From Bacteroidales bacterium (GTDB lineage: Bacteria > Bacteroidota > Bacteroidia > Bacteroidales > UBA7960): 64,000 nt of DNA. The notes under the pieces were generated by a model. It saw only the letters and a program-made list of their open reading frames with translations, ran no database searches and was not told the origin of the DNA. This document shows, in pieces, positions 54,866-64,000 of this stretch (position 1 is its first letter; each line of letters begins with the position of its first letter). The stretch covers positions 76,631 to 140,630 of the forward strand of contig SKRM01000024.1 of NCBI GenBank assembly GCA_007118495.1, given 5' to 3'. The position numbers and the translations under genes are program-made.

Positions 54866-55915
54866 ATGATATTCAATGAAAAAACTGGCGGACAGCTTCG
54901 TGAAAAAGGCTTACCGGGCATATATGATCTGAAAAAGATCTGGCATCCCTCATGGTTCCAGGGGAACAGAAGAAAAAAAAATTACTTTGAGGGCTGGTAT
55001 TTTAAACTGGTATCCCATGACCTGTCGCAGGCCTGGGCATTCATACCGGGCATTTCGTTGAACAACGCAGACGAACACAGTTTTATCCAGGTCATTGACG
55101 GCAACACCGGAAAAACATGGCACTACCGCTTTCCGGTCAATGCATTCAATTTCTCAAAAGAAACATTCAATGTGCGAATTGGTGCCAATCATTTTTCATC
55201 AAAAGGCATGTACTTATCCCTGAATGACCACACTGGCACCTTTGAAGGCAAAGTCATGTTTACCAACACCACACCTTTCAGAGCCAGCCTTTTAAAACCC
55301 GGCATTATGGGTTGGTACAGGTATATACCTTTTATGGAGTGCTACCACGGGGTGGTTAGCATGGATCATCTTATCAGCGGCACACTTGATATACAGGGTC
55401 AAACCATTGATTTTAGTGACGGCAGGGGGTATATGGAAAAAGATTGGGGCGTATCCATGCCAAAAGCCTGGATATGGATGCAGACCAATCACTTTTCGGA
55501 AACAGGAACATCATTCATGCTGTCACTGGCAGATGTTCCATTGATAGGAAAAACATTTCCCGGCTTCCTGGGGTTTATACATTTTAACGGCAGTCACAGG
55601 CTTTTTGCAACTTACACAGGGTCTAAAATAACAAGTCTGAAAGGGAGTGACCGACAGGTATGGCTCTCTGTTGAGGATAAAGACATGACTCTGGAAATCA
55701 GGGGCGAAAAAACCAGGCAAGCCATCAAACAGATTGAACAGGGTGCATTGAAAGCGCCTGTTTCGGGGCAGATGAGCCGGATTATCCACGAAAGCATGCT
55801 TGCAACCATCCATGTACGCCTGACCAGCAAACAGGGAAATATTCTTTTTGAAGATACAGGACAGCGGGCCGGACTTGAAATGGTGGGAGACATCAGTCTT
55901 TTAAACAAAAGATAA
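54866..55915 (+). CDS. Tocopherol cyclase-like family protein (start uncertain)
   Basis: The N-terminal HPSWFQGNRRKKNYFEGWYFKL matches the hallmark (H..Y/F H...FEGWYF[RK]) of the VTE1/slr1737 family. Later motifs are GYMEKDWG and WIWMQ. Alternative starts are 54740 and 54764. Confidence 0.55.
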   Translation: MIFNEKTGGQLREKGLPGIYDLKKIWHPSWFQGNRRKKNYFEGWYFKLVSHDLSQAWAFIPGISLNNADEHSFIQVIDGNTGKTWHYRFPVNAFNFSKETFNVRIGANHFSSKGMYLSLNDHTGTFEGKVMFTNTTPFRASLLKPGIMGWYRYIPFMECYHGVVSMDHLISGTLDIQGQTIDFSDGRGYMEKDWGVSMPKAWIWMQTNHFSETGTSFMLSLADVPLIGKTFPGFLGFIHFNGSHRLFATYTGSKITSLKGSDRQVWLSVEDKDMTLEIRGEKTRQAIKQIEQGALKAPVSGQMSRIIHESMLATIHVRLTSKQGNILFEDTGQRAGLEMVGDISLLNKR

Positions 55916-55951
55916 TACATCATTAGGTTTGAATAAAATAAGCACGTTTCT

Positions 55952-55959
55952 TATATTTG
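55952..55959 (+). promoter_or_regulatory. Candidate -7 box (TAnnTTTG) for the suf operon
   Basis: TATATTTG lies 74 nt upstream of the sufB ATG. Confidence 0.35.
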
Positions 55960-56033
55960 CAAACCAATTTATACTTAATCTAAATAAGATTTTCAGCAGG
56001 TTACCGGGCCGTTAGGGCCAAACGCAAGATGCA

Positions 56034-57482
56034 ATGGAAAATAACAGCGATAAAATACTTGAAGAAGTAACTGGTTCAGACTACAAGTACGGGTTTTATA
56101 CTGATATCGAAATGGATCAGGCCCCAAAGGGGCTTAGTGAGGATACAGTCCGCTTTATATCCGCCAAAAAGAATGAACCAGAATTCATGCTTGAGTTCAG
56201 GCTGAAGGCTTTCAGACACTGGCAAACCCTCGGGGAGCCGGATTGGGCACATGTAAATTATCCACCCATTGATTACCAGGATATAATTTACTACTCTGCC
56301 CCCAAGAAAAAAGCCACATACGAAAGTATGGATGAAGTAGACCCTGAGCTGCTTGAAACTTTCGAGAAACTGGGCATCCCGCTTGAAGAGCAGAAAATGC
56401 TTGCAGGTGTTGCAGTTGACGCCGTAATGGACTCTGTTTCGGTGGGCTCTACCTTTAAAAAGACTCTGGCAGAGCAAGGCATCATTTTTTGCTCCTTTTC
56501 TGAAGCCCTTCAGAAACATCCCGAACTCATTAAAAAATACATGGGCACGGTGGTTCCGTACACAGACAATTTTTTCGCTGCATTAAACTCGGCTGTCTTC
56601 AGTGACGGTTCTTTTGCCTATATCCCAAAGGGAGTGAAATGCCCGCTTGAACTATCCACGTATTTCCGCATCAATGCAGCCAATACAGGCCAGTTTGAAA
56701 GGACACTGATTGTAGCTGAAGAAGGCAGTTATGTTAGTTATATGGAGGGATGTACAGCTCCCATAAGGGATGAGAATCAATTACATGCCGCCATTGTAGA
56801 AATCATCGCCCATAAAGATGCAGAGGTAAAATACTCAACGGTGCAAAATTGGTGGCCAGGTGACAAAGAAGGGAAAGGAGGCGTTTATAATTTCGTTACC
56901 AAACGGGGCATTTGCGAAGGAGATAGGTCAAAAATATCATGGACCCAGGTTGAAACAGGCTCAGCAATCACCTGGAAATATCCCAGCCTTGTTTTGAAAG
57001 GAGATTATTCATCAGGTGAATTCTATTCTGTCGCTGTTACCAATAATTATCAACAGGCCGATACAGGCACCAAGATGATCCATTTGGGACGCAACACCAA
57101 AAGCACCATTATCAGCAAGGGAATCTCTGCAGGCCACAGCAATAATAGTTATCGTGGTCTTGTCAAAGCAACCCGCAGGGCTGAAAACGCAAGAAACTTT
57201 TCCCAGTGTGATTCTCTGTTACTTGGTGACCAGTGCGGAGCCCACACCTTTCCATACCTGGATGTGGGAAACAGGTCGACCATAGTGGAGCACGAAGCGA
57301 CCACCAGTAAGATCTCTGAAGATCAGCTTTTTTATTGCCTTCAGAGAGGCATTGACATGGAGGGGGCCATTGGACTCATAGTTAATGGTTATGCAAAAGA
57401 AGTATTGTCAAAACTGCCTATGGAGTTTGCCGTTGAAGCACAGAAATTGCTTTCAATCAGCCTGGAAGGGAGTGTTGGTTAA
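56034..57482 (+). CDS. sufB: Fe-S cluster assembly scaffold SufB
   Basis: 482 aa with highly conserved SufB segments ([45 protein letters not shown]). Confidence 0.95.
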   Translation: MENNSDKILEEVTGSDYKYGFYTDIEMDQAPKGLSEDTVRFISAKKNEPEFMLEFRLKAFRHWQTLGEPDWAHVNYPPIDYQDIIYYSAPKKKATYESMDEVDPELLETFEKLGIPLEEQKMLAGVAVDAVMDSVSVGSTFKKTLAEQGIIFCSFSEALQKHPELIKKYMGTVVPYTDNFFAALNSAVFSDGSFAYIPKGVKCPLELSTYFRINAANTGQFERTLIVAEEGSYVSYMEGCTAPIRDENQLHAAIVEIIAHKDAEVKYSTVQNWWPGDKEGKGGVYNFVTKRGICEGDRSKISWTQVETGSAITWKYPSLVLKGDYSSGEFYSVAVTNNYQQADTGTKMIHLGRNTKSTIISKGISAGHSNNSYRGLVKATRRAENARNFSQCDSLLLGDQCGAHTFPYLDVGNRSTIVEHEATTSKISEDQLFYCLQRGIDMEGAIGLIVNGYAKEVLSKLPMEFAVEAQKLLSISLEGSVG

Positions 57483-57545
57483 AACACTTTAAGGGCCATC
57501 AAACAGCAGCTTTATTGTTTAAAGATCATTCAAAAAAACACATAT

Positions 57546-58292
57546 ATGTTAAGCATTAAAAATCTGTCAGCAGCCATAAATGGTAAAACTATCCTGAAGG
57601 GATTGAACCTTGAAGTTAAAGAAGGCGAAGTACATGCCATCATGGGGCCCAATGGTTCTGGCAAAAGCACACTGGCTTCAGTAATTGCTGGCCGTGAAAC
57701 ATTTGAGGTAACCGAAGGAGAAGTTACTTACCTGGGGAGCAACCTGCTGGATATGCCCGCAGAAACCCGTGCCAGAGAGGGTATCTTTATGGGGTTTCAG
57801 TATCCTGTTGAAATTCCGGGTGTGAGCATTGCCAACTTTATGCGCACCGCAATCAATGAAAAGCGCAAATATTTGGGGCTAGAGCCCATGACAGGAGCTG
57901 AATTCCTCAAACTCATGGAAGAGAAAAAGAAAATGGTCGATATTCAGTCAAAGCTGACAAATCGCAGCGTAAATGAAGGTTTTTCAGGAGGGGAGAAGAA
58001 AAAGAATGAAATTTTTCAGATGGCATTACTTGAACCAAAGTTGTCCATTTTGGACGAAACAGATTCCGGGCTGGATATTGATGCCCTTAAAGTGGTGGCA
58101 AACGGAATAAATTTGCTTAGGAGAAAAGATAATGCAACCGTAGTAATTACCCACTATCAAAGGCTCCTTGACTTCATAATCCCCGACTTTGTTCATGTGC
58201 TTTTCGATGGACGAATCATTCGCAGCGGAGGCAAGGAGCTGGCCATTGAACTTGAAGAAAAAGGATACGACTGGGTAAAAAAAGAAAAGTAA
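57546..58292 (+). CDS. sufC: Fe-S cluster assembly ATPase SufC
   Basis: Walker A (GPNGSGKST), signature-like FSGGEKKKNEI, and Walker B (LSILDETDSGLD). Confidence 0.95.
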   Translation: MLSIKNLSAAINGKTILKGLNLEVKEGEVHAIMGPNGSGKSTLASVIAGRETFEVTEGEVTYLGSNLLDMPAETRAREGIFMGFQYPVEIPGVSIANFMRTAINEKRKYLGLEPMTGAEFLKLMEEKKKMVDIQSKLTNRSVNEGFSGGEKKKNEIFQMALLEPKLSILDETDSGLDIDALKVVANGINLLRRKDNATVVITHYQRLLDFIIPDFVHVLFDGRIIRSGGKELAIELEEKGYDWVKKEK

Positions 58293-58301
58293 AAGCCTGA
58301 C

Positions 58302-59708
58302 ATGGATAACATACAAACAACACTTGCCAAAGATAAACTGCTTGCATTATTTGCCAGAGAAGAAGAAGCTATTACAGCATTTTCAACACCACTGGTAAAT
58401 CGAATCAGGCAACATGCGCTCAGCCGTTTCAGGCAGAACGGCTTCCCTGCAACCAGCAAGGAAAGCTGGAGGTTTACCGACCTGACACCACTGCTAAACA
58501 CCGAATTCACTTTCGATTTCAGTAATCAGAGTCGAAGCATGGATATTGAAAAAATATTCACCTGCGACGTCTATGATCTGGACACCTTCAGCATCACCCT
58601 TCTGAATGGATGGTTTGTGTACAAAAATGCCCCACTTACCAAACTTGACAACGGAACCATTATTGGCAGCCTGGCCAAAGCCATGGAGCTTTACCCTGAA
58701 CTGGTCGATCAATACTTTGGCAAAACGGCCAAAACTGAAGAACACGAAATGGCGGCGCTAAATGGCGCATTTGTTCAGGATGGACTTTTCATACATGTTC
58801 CCGACGGGGTATGTATGGAAAAACCTGTACAACTGATCAATATCGTTGATGCACAACAACCCGTTTTTCTCCAACCCAGGCATTTGATCATTGCGGGGAA
58901 AAATGCCTGTCTCACCCTGGTGCACTGTGATCATTCACTAACCCACAATGTGAGCTTCACCAACACGGTCGCCGAGATCTTTGCCGAAGAAAATGCGGTA
59001 ATCGACCACTATAAAATACAGAACAAAGGCAGAAATTCTGCCCTGGTTACCAATACGTATTTTCACCAAAAGCGGTCAAGCAAGGTGACCAGCAATATCA
59101 TTACCCTCAACGGTGGGTTTACAAAGAACATTGTAGATGTGACACTGGCCGAACCTGACACTATTTCAGAACACTACGGCCTTTACCTGGCCGACAGCAA
59201 TCAGCATGTTGACAACCAGCTTTATATTGACCATCTTGCCCAAAATTGTCATAGCAATCAGCTGTTCAAAGGCATTCTGGATGATGAAGCCAAGGCCGTT
59301 TTTTCGGGCAAAGTAATGGTTCGACCTCAGGCACAAAAGACAAGGGCCTACCAAAATAACCGCAACATTCTTTTGACTGATGATGCAAAGGTAAACACAC
59401 AGCCCCATCTGGAAATATATGCCGATGACGTAAAATGCTCACATGGGGCAACCGTCGGACAACTAGACCCCGAAGCCATGTTTTATCTTCGCTCAAGAGG
59501 TCTTTGTGAAAGAACTGCACGGCAAATGATGATGATCGCATTTGCCAGCGAGGTGGTGCAGAAAATATCCATTGAGCCGCTCAGAGACAGGATACATGAC
59601 CTGGTTGAGAAACGACTTAAGGGTGAATTATCCATCTGTGACCAATGTGTGTTGCATTGTAACAGCAAAGAGCCAACCACCTTTAATATTGACCTGAGTA
59701 AACTGTAA
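58302..59708 (+). CDS. sufD: Fe-S cluster assembly protein SufD
   Basis: Position after sufC, plus a C-terminal SufB/D beta-helix segment (NQLFKGILDDEAKAVFSGKV...HLEIYADDVKCSHGATVGQLD). Confidence 0.9.
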   Translation: MDNIQTTLAKDKLLALFAREEEAITAFSTPLVNRIRQHALSRFRQNGFPATSKESWRFTDLTPLLNTEFTFDFSNQSRSMDIEKIFTCDVYDLDTFSITLLNGWFVYKNAPLTKLDNGTIIGSLAKAMELYPELVDQYFGKTAKTEEHEMAALNGAFVQDGLFIHVPDGVCMEKPVQLINIVDAQQPVFLQPRHLIIAGKNACLTLVHCDHSLTHNVSFTNTVAEIFAEENAVIDHYKIQNKGRNSALVTNTYFHQKRSSKVTSNIITLNGGFTKNIVDVTLAEPDTISEHYGLYLADSNQHVDNQLYIDHLAQNCHSNQLFKGILDDEAKAVFSGKVMVRPQAQKTRAYQNNRNILLTDDAKVNTQPHLEIYADDVKCSHGATVGQLDPEAMFYLRSRGLCERTARQMMMIAFASEVVQKISIEPLRDRIHDLVEKRLKGELSICDQCVLHCNSKEPTTFNIDLSKL

Positions 59709-59716
59709 TAAAACCA

Positions 59717-60937
59717 ATGACCATTCAAGCCGATAGCATTCGTAAAGCTTTCCCCATCCTGTCAAGGACGGTAAATAAACGTCCCTTGGTCTATTTTGAC
59801 AATGCAGCTACTACCCAAAAACCACAGGTGGTCATGGATCGCCTGATGCATTATTATTCATACGAAAACAGCAATATACACAGGGGGGCACATTTTTTAA
59901 GCCAACAGGCCACCGAAGCTTACGAATCAGCCAGGGCAACCATCCGTGCATTTATACATGCCCGCCACAACCACGAGGTCATTTTTACAAGAGGAACCAC
60001 AGAGGCCATCAACCTGGTGGCTTATTCCTACACAAAAAAGTTTGTTAAACCAGGTGACGAGGTCCTCATATCAGCCATGGAGCACCACTCCAATATTGTA
60101 CCATGGCAGATTGCATGCCAGGAGTTAAATGCCCGGCTAAAGGTTATTCCTATGAATGAGCGGGGCGAACTTGACATGGAAGCCTACGCAAAATTACTGA
60201 CCGGAAAAACCCGTATCGTTGCACTCACCCACGTGAGCAACGCTCTGGGAACGGTAAACCCCCTGAAAGAGATTATCAGACAGGCCCATAACATGGACAT
60301 TCCCGTTCTTATAGACGGTGCCCAGGCCATTCCCCACATGGCGGTCGATGTACAGGATCTTGACTGCGATTTTTACTGCTTTTCGGGCCATAAAATGTAT
60401 GGGCCCATGGGAGTTGGCGTGCTTTACGGCAAGGAAGAATGGCTCAACCAGATGCCACCCTATCAGGGAGGTGGAGAAATGATCCGTGAAGTTACTTTCA
60501 GTGGCACAACATACAATGAGTTGCCTTTTAAATTTGAAGCCGGTACTCCAAATGTTGCAGACGTGCTGGGGATGGAGTCAGCTGTTAAGTTTATCAGCCA
60601 TCTGGGACACGAGCATATCGCTGCCCATGAAAACGCACTCCTGGAGTATGCCTTGAGTCAAATGGAGCAGCTTGACCAAATACGTTTTATTGGTACTGCA
60701 AGCCAGAGAACCAGTGTCATCTCTTTTTTATTCAAAGACATCCACCCTTACGATACCGGCACCATTCTAGACAAGCTGGGTGTTGCCGTCAGAACGGGTC
60801 ACCACTGTGCCCAACCCATTATGGACTTTTTTGAAATTCCCGGCACAGTAAGGGTCTCTCTGGCCATATATAACACAAAAAAAGAAGTTGACATACTTAT
60901 TGAAGCCCTTAAAAAAGTCAGGGAGATGTTTGGCTGA
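59717..60937 (+). CDS. sufS: Cysteine desulfurase SufS (group II)
   Basis: YFDNAATTQKP, HHSNIVPWQ, PLP-lysine region FSGHKMYGPMG and catalytic Cys loop RTGHHCAQP. Confidence 0.9.
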   Translation: MTIQADSIRKAFPILSRTVNKRPLVYFDNAATTQKPQVVMDRLMHYYSYENSNIHRGAHFLSQQATEAYESARATIRAFIHARHNHEVIFTRGTTEAINLVAYSYTKKFVKPGDEVLISAMEHHSNIVPWQIACQELNARLKVIPMNERGELDMEAYAKLLTGKTRIVALTHVSNALGTVNPLKEIIRQAHNMDIPVLIDGAQAIPHMAVDVQDLDCDFYCFSGHKMYGPMGVGVLYGKEEWLNQMPPYQGGGEMIREVTFSGTTYNELPFKFEAGTPNVADVLGMESAVKFISHLGHEHIAAHENALLEYALSQMEQLDQIRFIGTASQRTSVISFLFKDIHPYDTGTILDKLGVAVRTGHHCAQPIMDFFEIPGTVRVSLAIYNTKKEVDILIEALKKVREMFG

Positions 60938-60958
60938 CCCCCTGCAAATAACCACACC

Positions 60959-61432
60959 ATGGAAGAAAACATCAAGATTCAATTGAACTTTCTTAAACGC
61001 CTATACGGTGTCTTGTTTGCAAGTCTGATCATTCTGCTGCTTTTTGCATCCATTATGGTAAGCAATTACGGACCTCTATTATCTCCAAATCCGCCGTTGT
61101 TTGAAAACCTGAAAACAGTGGCCATAGCAGTTGCGGGCATATTTCTGGCTATAGCCTTTATTTATCCCCAGCGTCAAATCGGGAAAATTTCCAACACCTT
61201 CTCTTTGGCAGAAAAAATCGACCTTTACCGCAAACCCATTATTATCCGGCTCATTCTCATAACAGATGCAGGCATTGTGAGCAGTCTCATTTTCTTGCTC
61301 ACGGCAGACACCAACCTAATGCTCATTTTGGCTATTATTCTCATTCTTTTTATTCTGGCCAGACCAACTCCATTCAAAATTGCATCAGACCTGAAATTGA
61401 GCGAAGAGGAAAAAACCACCATATTAAATTAA
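60959..61432 (+). CDS. Hypothetical 4-TM membrane protein embedded in the suf operon
   Basis: 157-aa hydrophobic ORF, 21 nt after sufS and 26 nt before sufE. No recognisable motif. Confidence 0.5.
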   Translation: MEENIKIQLNFLKRLYGVLFASLIILLLFASIMVSNYGPLLSPNPPLFENLKTVAIAVAGIFLAIAFIYPQRQIGKISNTFSLAEKIDLYRKPIIIRLILITDAGIVSSLIFLLTADTNLMLILAIILILFILARPTPFKIASDLKLSEEEKTTILN

Positions 61433-61458
61433 TCACCACACCATAACCCACAATCAAT

Positions 61459-61887
61459 ATGACCAGCATCAGTGACAAAGAGCAGGAAGTAGTCAATGAG
61501 TTTGAATTGTTCGATGACTGGATGGACAAATACAACTACATTATCGAACTGGGAAAATCCCTACCCCCGATTGATGAAAAACACAAAGAAGACAAATACC
61601 TGATTAATGGCTGCCAGGCCAGGGTATGGTTACATGCACGCATGGAAGATGGCAAGGTGGTTTTTTTGGCCGATAGTGATGCACTCATCACCAAAGGTAT
61701 CGTAGCCCTGCTCATCAGGGTGCTTTCAGGTCATGTTCCGCAAGAAATCATTCATGCAGACATGACATTTATTGACGAAATCGGCCTGAAAGAGCATCTG
61801 TCACAAACCCGTTCAAACGGTTTGCTCAACATGATCAAACAAATGAAGCTCTACGCCCTGGCATTCAGCAAAACATCAGCCAAATAA
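61459..61887 (+). CDS. sufE: SufE-family sulfur acceptor
   Basis: Conserved SufE Cys loop (INGCQARVWL) and C-terminal RSNGLLNMI. Confidence 0.8.
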   Translation: MTSISDKEQEVVNEFELFDDWMDKYNYIIELGKSLPPIDEKHKEDKYLINGCQARVWLHARMEDGKVVFLADSDALITKGIVALLIRVLSGHVPQEIIHADMTFIDEIGLKEHLSQTRSNGLLNMIKQMKLYALAFSKTSAK

Positions 61888-61894
61888 AAGCATC

Positions 61895-62191
61895 ATGGAA
61901 CAACGCATCATAGACGCCTTAAAGACCGTTCACGATCCGGAGATTCCGGTAAACGTATATGACCTTGGGCTCATTTATAAAATTGATATAGTGGATGAGG
62001 GCAAGGTAAACATTACCATGACCCTGACCAACCCAAACTGTCCGGTAGCTGACGCACTACCCCGACAGGTATCCGAAGCAGCAAAACAAGTAGAAGGTGT
62101 CAGAGAAGTAAATATTGAACTTGTTTTTGACCCCCCATGGTCAACAGATAATATGTCTGATGCTGCCATGCTAGATATGGGCCTGTTTTAA
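61895..62191 (+). CDS. DUF59 (MIP18/SufT-like) Fe-S assembly protein
   Basis: 98 aa with VHDPEIPVNVYDLGLIY and TLTNPNCP, characteristic of DUF59. Confidence 0.8.
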   Translation: MEQRIIDALKTVHDPEIPVNVYDLGLIYKIDIVDEGKVNITMTLTNPNCPVADALPRQVSEAAKQVEGVREVNIELVFDPPWSTDNMSDAAMLDMGLF

Positions 62192-63450
62192 TACCTCATA
62201 ATCTTTTTGCTGACAACAGGGTTTGTGTCAAGATTCAGAATGTAAACCCCTGGTGGCAATTCTCCCATATAAAGGAGGGTGATGTCAGCTCCCGTTTTTC
62301 CCTTAAGTAATATCCTGCCATGCATATCCATTATTTTGTAATTGGTGCCAACAGGCAAATCAGCCGACTCCAATCTTAGATAACTTCTTGATGGATTCGG
62401 ATACAAATGCAAACTGCCCAAAACGCTTTCTTCAACTCCCACCTCATAATCTGTGATGTAATGACCCAGGTATTCTGTAAGGTCGAGGGTATGCAACTTC
62501 TGACTCACTGTGACGAATGCTGTAAGAAGTGCTTCATTGGTCATGTAGTAAAACAAGCCATCTTTTGTGGTAATGGCCTCTACCTGATGCAAGGGTAGGT
62601 TTACCCGAAGTTTTCTTTTATTTCCACCAAAAAAGTCCCTGCCCTGGAAATCATAAAACAAGTATAGAAATGGCTGAACAACCATATTGTATCCGCTCAA
62701 TACCAAAAGACGCTCATGTTCCAGGTAAGTGGCACCCGTAATCAGTCCTTGCACATCATAGGTGTCGAGATGCCTGGCTACATAGTTACCGGGTTCTTTT
62801 GGCAAAACGTACACACTGGTCTTTTTGCTCACCCATTCTTTGGTAAACAGGTACAAACTGTCTTTGCCTACAACAAAAGCCTCGCAATCGTAATCTGTAT
62901 TGTTGAGACCCGAACCGGACAGATCATCCTGAAGCGCGTACGAAAATTGGATGGTATCAATCAGGGGTTCCCGAGAAAGAAGAGATGTCTTTTCAACCAG
63001 GAGAATTTGCAGATTGGTTCTGTTCCCATTGTAGTTATTGCCAAAATCACCAACATAAACATAATGCTCATCCTGTGCAATTTCTTCCCAATCAATATTA
63101 ATCGTTCCAGTCAACTCAAAGGTTTCATAATTAAAGACATCCAGCGTATCAAAAGCATATAATTTGAGATCCTGACGATCATTATGGGTCCAGATCTTAT
63201 GGTTCCAAACTATCAGTCCTGAAGTTTCCACCATGCTTGGTGGTAGCAGCCAGGAGGAGAGCACACTGATAGAAGCATCCGGATAAATACAGCTGCCATC
63301 ATTCTGGGCAGCTCCGGCATGATAATTTAGGGCCAAAAGATCGGTGCAACCATGGCTCTGGGCATTCCCCATGCTCAATGCCAGAAAACCTTGCAGCAAC
63401 AATGTTATCATGACTGCCACGGAGTAAGTATTTATACGTAATGTGGTCAT
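62188..63450 (-). CDS. Secreted protein with T9SS C-terminal sorting domain
   Basis: Signal peptide (start set to ATG 63450). The body is propeller-like (ETSGL...YVYVGDFGNNYNGNR). The C-terminal ~75 aa (LYPNPSRSYLRLE...PGVYILNL) fits the type A T9SS sorting domain. Confidence 0.75.
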   Translation of the reverse strand: MTTLRINTYSVAVMITLLLQGFLALSMGNAQSHGCTDLLALNYHAGAAQNDGSCIYPDASISVLSSWLLPPSMVETSGLIVWNHKIWTHNDRQDLKLYAFDTLDVFNYETFELTGTINIDWEEIAQDEHYVYVGDFGNNYNGNRTNLQILLVEKTSLLSREPLIDTIQFSYALQDDLSGSGLNNTDYDCEAFVVGKDSLYLFTKEWVSKKTSVYVLPKEPGNYVARHLDTYDVQGLITGATYLEHERLLVLSGYNMVVQPFLYLFYDFQGRDFFGGNKRKLRVNLPLHQVEAITTKDGLFYYMTNEALLTAFVTVSQKLHTLDLTEYLGHYITDYEVGVEESVLGSLHLYPNPSRSYLRLESADLPVGTNYKIMDMHGRILLKGKTGADITLLYMGELPPGVYILNLDTNPVVSKKIMRY

Positions 63451-63548
63451 TGAGGTGCCTGATCCATTTAAAAACAAACACAAGCAAGTATTTTGGAATA
63501 GATTTTGTGAGTGCCGGGGTATTGAAAACAAAAGACAGCAAGACAACC

Positions 63549-64000
63549 ATGAAAACAATACAATGTACAAAATTTCTGCTAATCTTTTTTATTTTCTCCT
63601 GCCTGACCCCAACCAGCAAGGCCAGCGAAAAACCCCTTAAAGATTTTCAGTTAAGCATCATTCCCTTTGTAGGCACTGAAGGCACATCGGTAATTGATTA
63701 CCGTTATAGGTTAAGTGTAAACTTTTTTGCAGGTGCCACAGGGGGCATTGAAGGCTTCGAGGCCGGGGGATTTCTCAACATCACCAACGGCTACCTGCAG
63801 GGAATACAGCTGGCAGGATTTGGAAACCTTGTTTCAGGAGATATTCAGGGTCTGCAAGCTTCGGGCTTTGCCAATGTGGGTGGCGGAGACCGCCTGGGCT
63901 TCGCAGCCTCTGGCTTTGCCAATATCACAGGTGGTAACCATCAGGGCTTTGCAGGAGCAGGTTTCGCAAATGTTGTGGGAAGAAATCATACCGGATTTTC
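63549..64000 (+). CDS. Secreted repeat protein, 5' fragment (continues beyond window)
   Basis: ATG 63549 opens a frame that runs to the window end. It has a signal peptide (MKTIQCTKFLLIFFIFSCL) followed by 16-residue Gly-rich repeats. It is absent from the ORF track because there is no stop in the window. Confidence 0.6.
   Translation, partial: MKTIQCTKFLLIFFIFSCLTPTSKASEKPLKDFQLSIIPFVGTEGTSVIDYRYRLSVNFFAGATGGIEGFEAGGFLNITNGYLQGIQLAGFGNLVSGDIQGLQASGFANVGGGDRLGFAASGFANITGGNHQGFAGAGFANVVGRNHTGF
63711..64000 (+). repeat. In-frame 48-nt (16-codon) tandem coding repeat
   Basis: Units are AGGFLNITNGYLQGIQ / LAGFGNLVSGDIQGLQ / ASGFANVGGGDRLGFA / ASGFANITGGNHQGFA / GAGFANVVGRNHTGF. The consensus is xGFxN(I/V)xxGxxxG(F/L/I)(Q/A). 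Confidence 0.55.

Noticed and set aside
1-64000. CRISPR arrays, IS elements, toxin-antitoxin pairs, restriction-modification or other defence systems.
   Set aside because: I found no regularly spaced direct repeats, no transposase, integrase or Cas-like translations in the ORF track, and no small adjacent gene pairs with TA-like features. RmuC here is a lone housekeeping-type copy.

Overview
This is a densely coding chromosomal segment that looks like Bacteroidota. The evidence is a T9SS C-terminal sorting domain, a DUF2147 protein, large FtsX/MacB-type permease paralogs, and TAnnTTTG -7 boxes in front of several genes and both tRNAs. I support about 57 protein-coding genes, 2 tRNAs (CAT anticodon and Leu-CAA), one SAM-I riboswitch and two clear intrinsic terminators. 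I saw no transposase, integrase, prophage, CRISPR array or recognisable defence genes.

Housekeeping blocks:
- sufBCDS-x-sufE-DUF59
- prs-rplY-pth
- riboswitch-controlled metY-metX-hom
- znuACB
- mnmA, sodB, rmuC and a P-type ATPase

The rest is dominated by secreted peptidases (two M14, one M19, one M28) and by two-component signalling, with 10 kinase or regulator genes.

The most unusual locus is a tight four-gene minus-strand operon at 38273-42880. It encodes a hybrid histidine kinase, a receiver-HisKA_2 kinase, a receiver-LytTR regulator and a stand-alone SAM-dependent methyltransferase. Its domain inventory parallels the Ralstonia phcBSRQ quorum-sensing module, so I flag it as a candidate undescribed small-molecule signalling system. 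This is a hypothesis; homology is untested.

Other points worth a second look:
- a translationally coupled active/inactive M14 peptidase pair, both carrying Asp-rich DxDxDG inserts
- a deletion relic of a third FtsX permease
- a serine hydrolase whose only ATG start lies inside its catalytic SxxK motif

All calls come from reading the translations and the DNA by eye. No database search, HMM scan or folding calculation was run.
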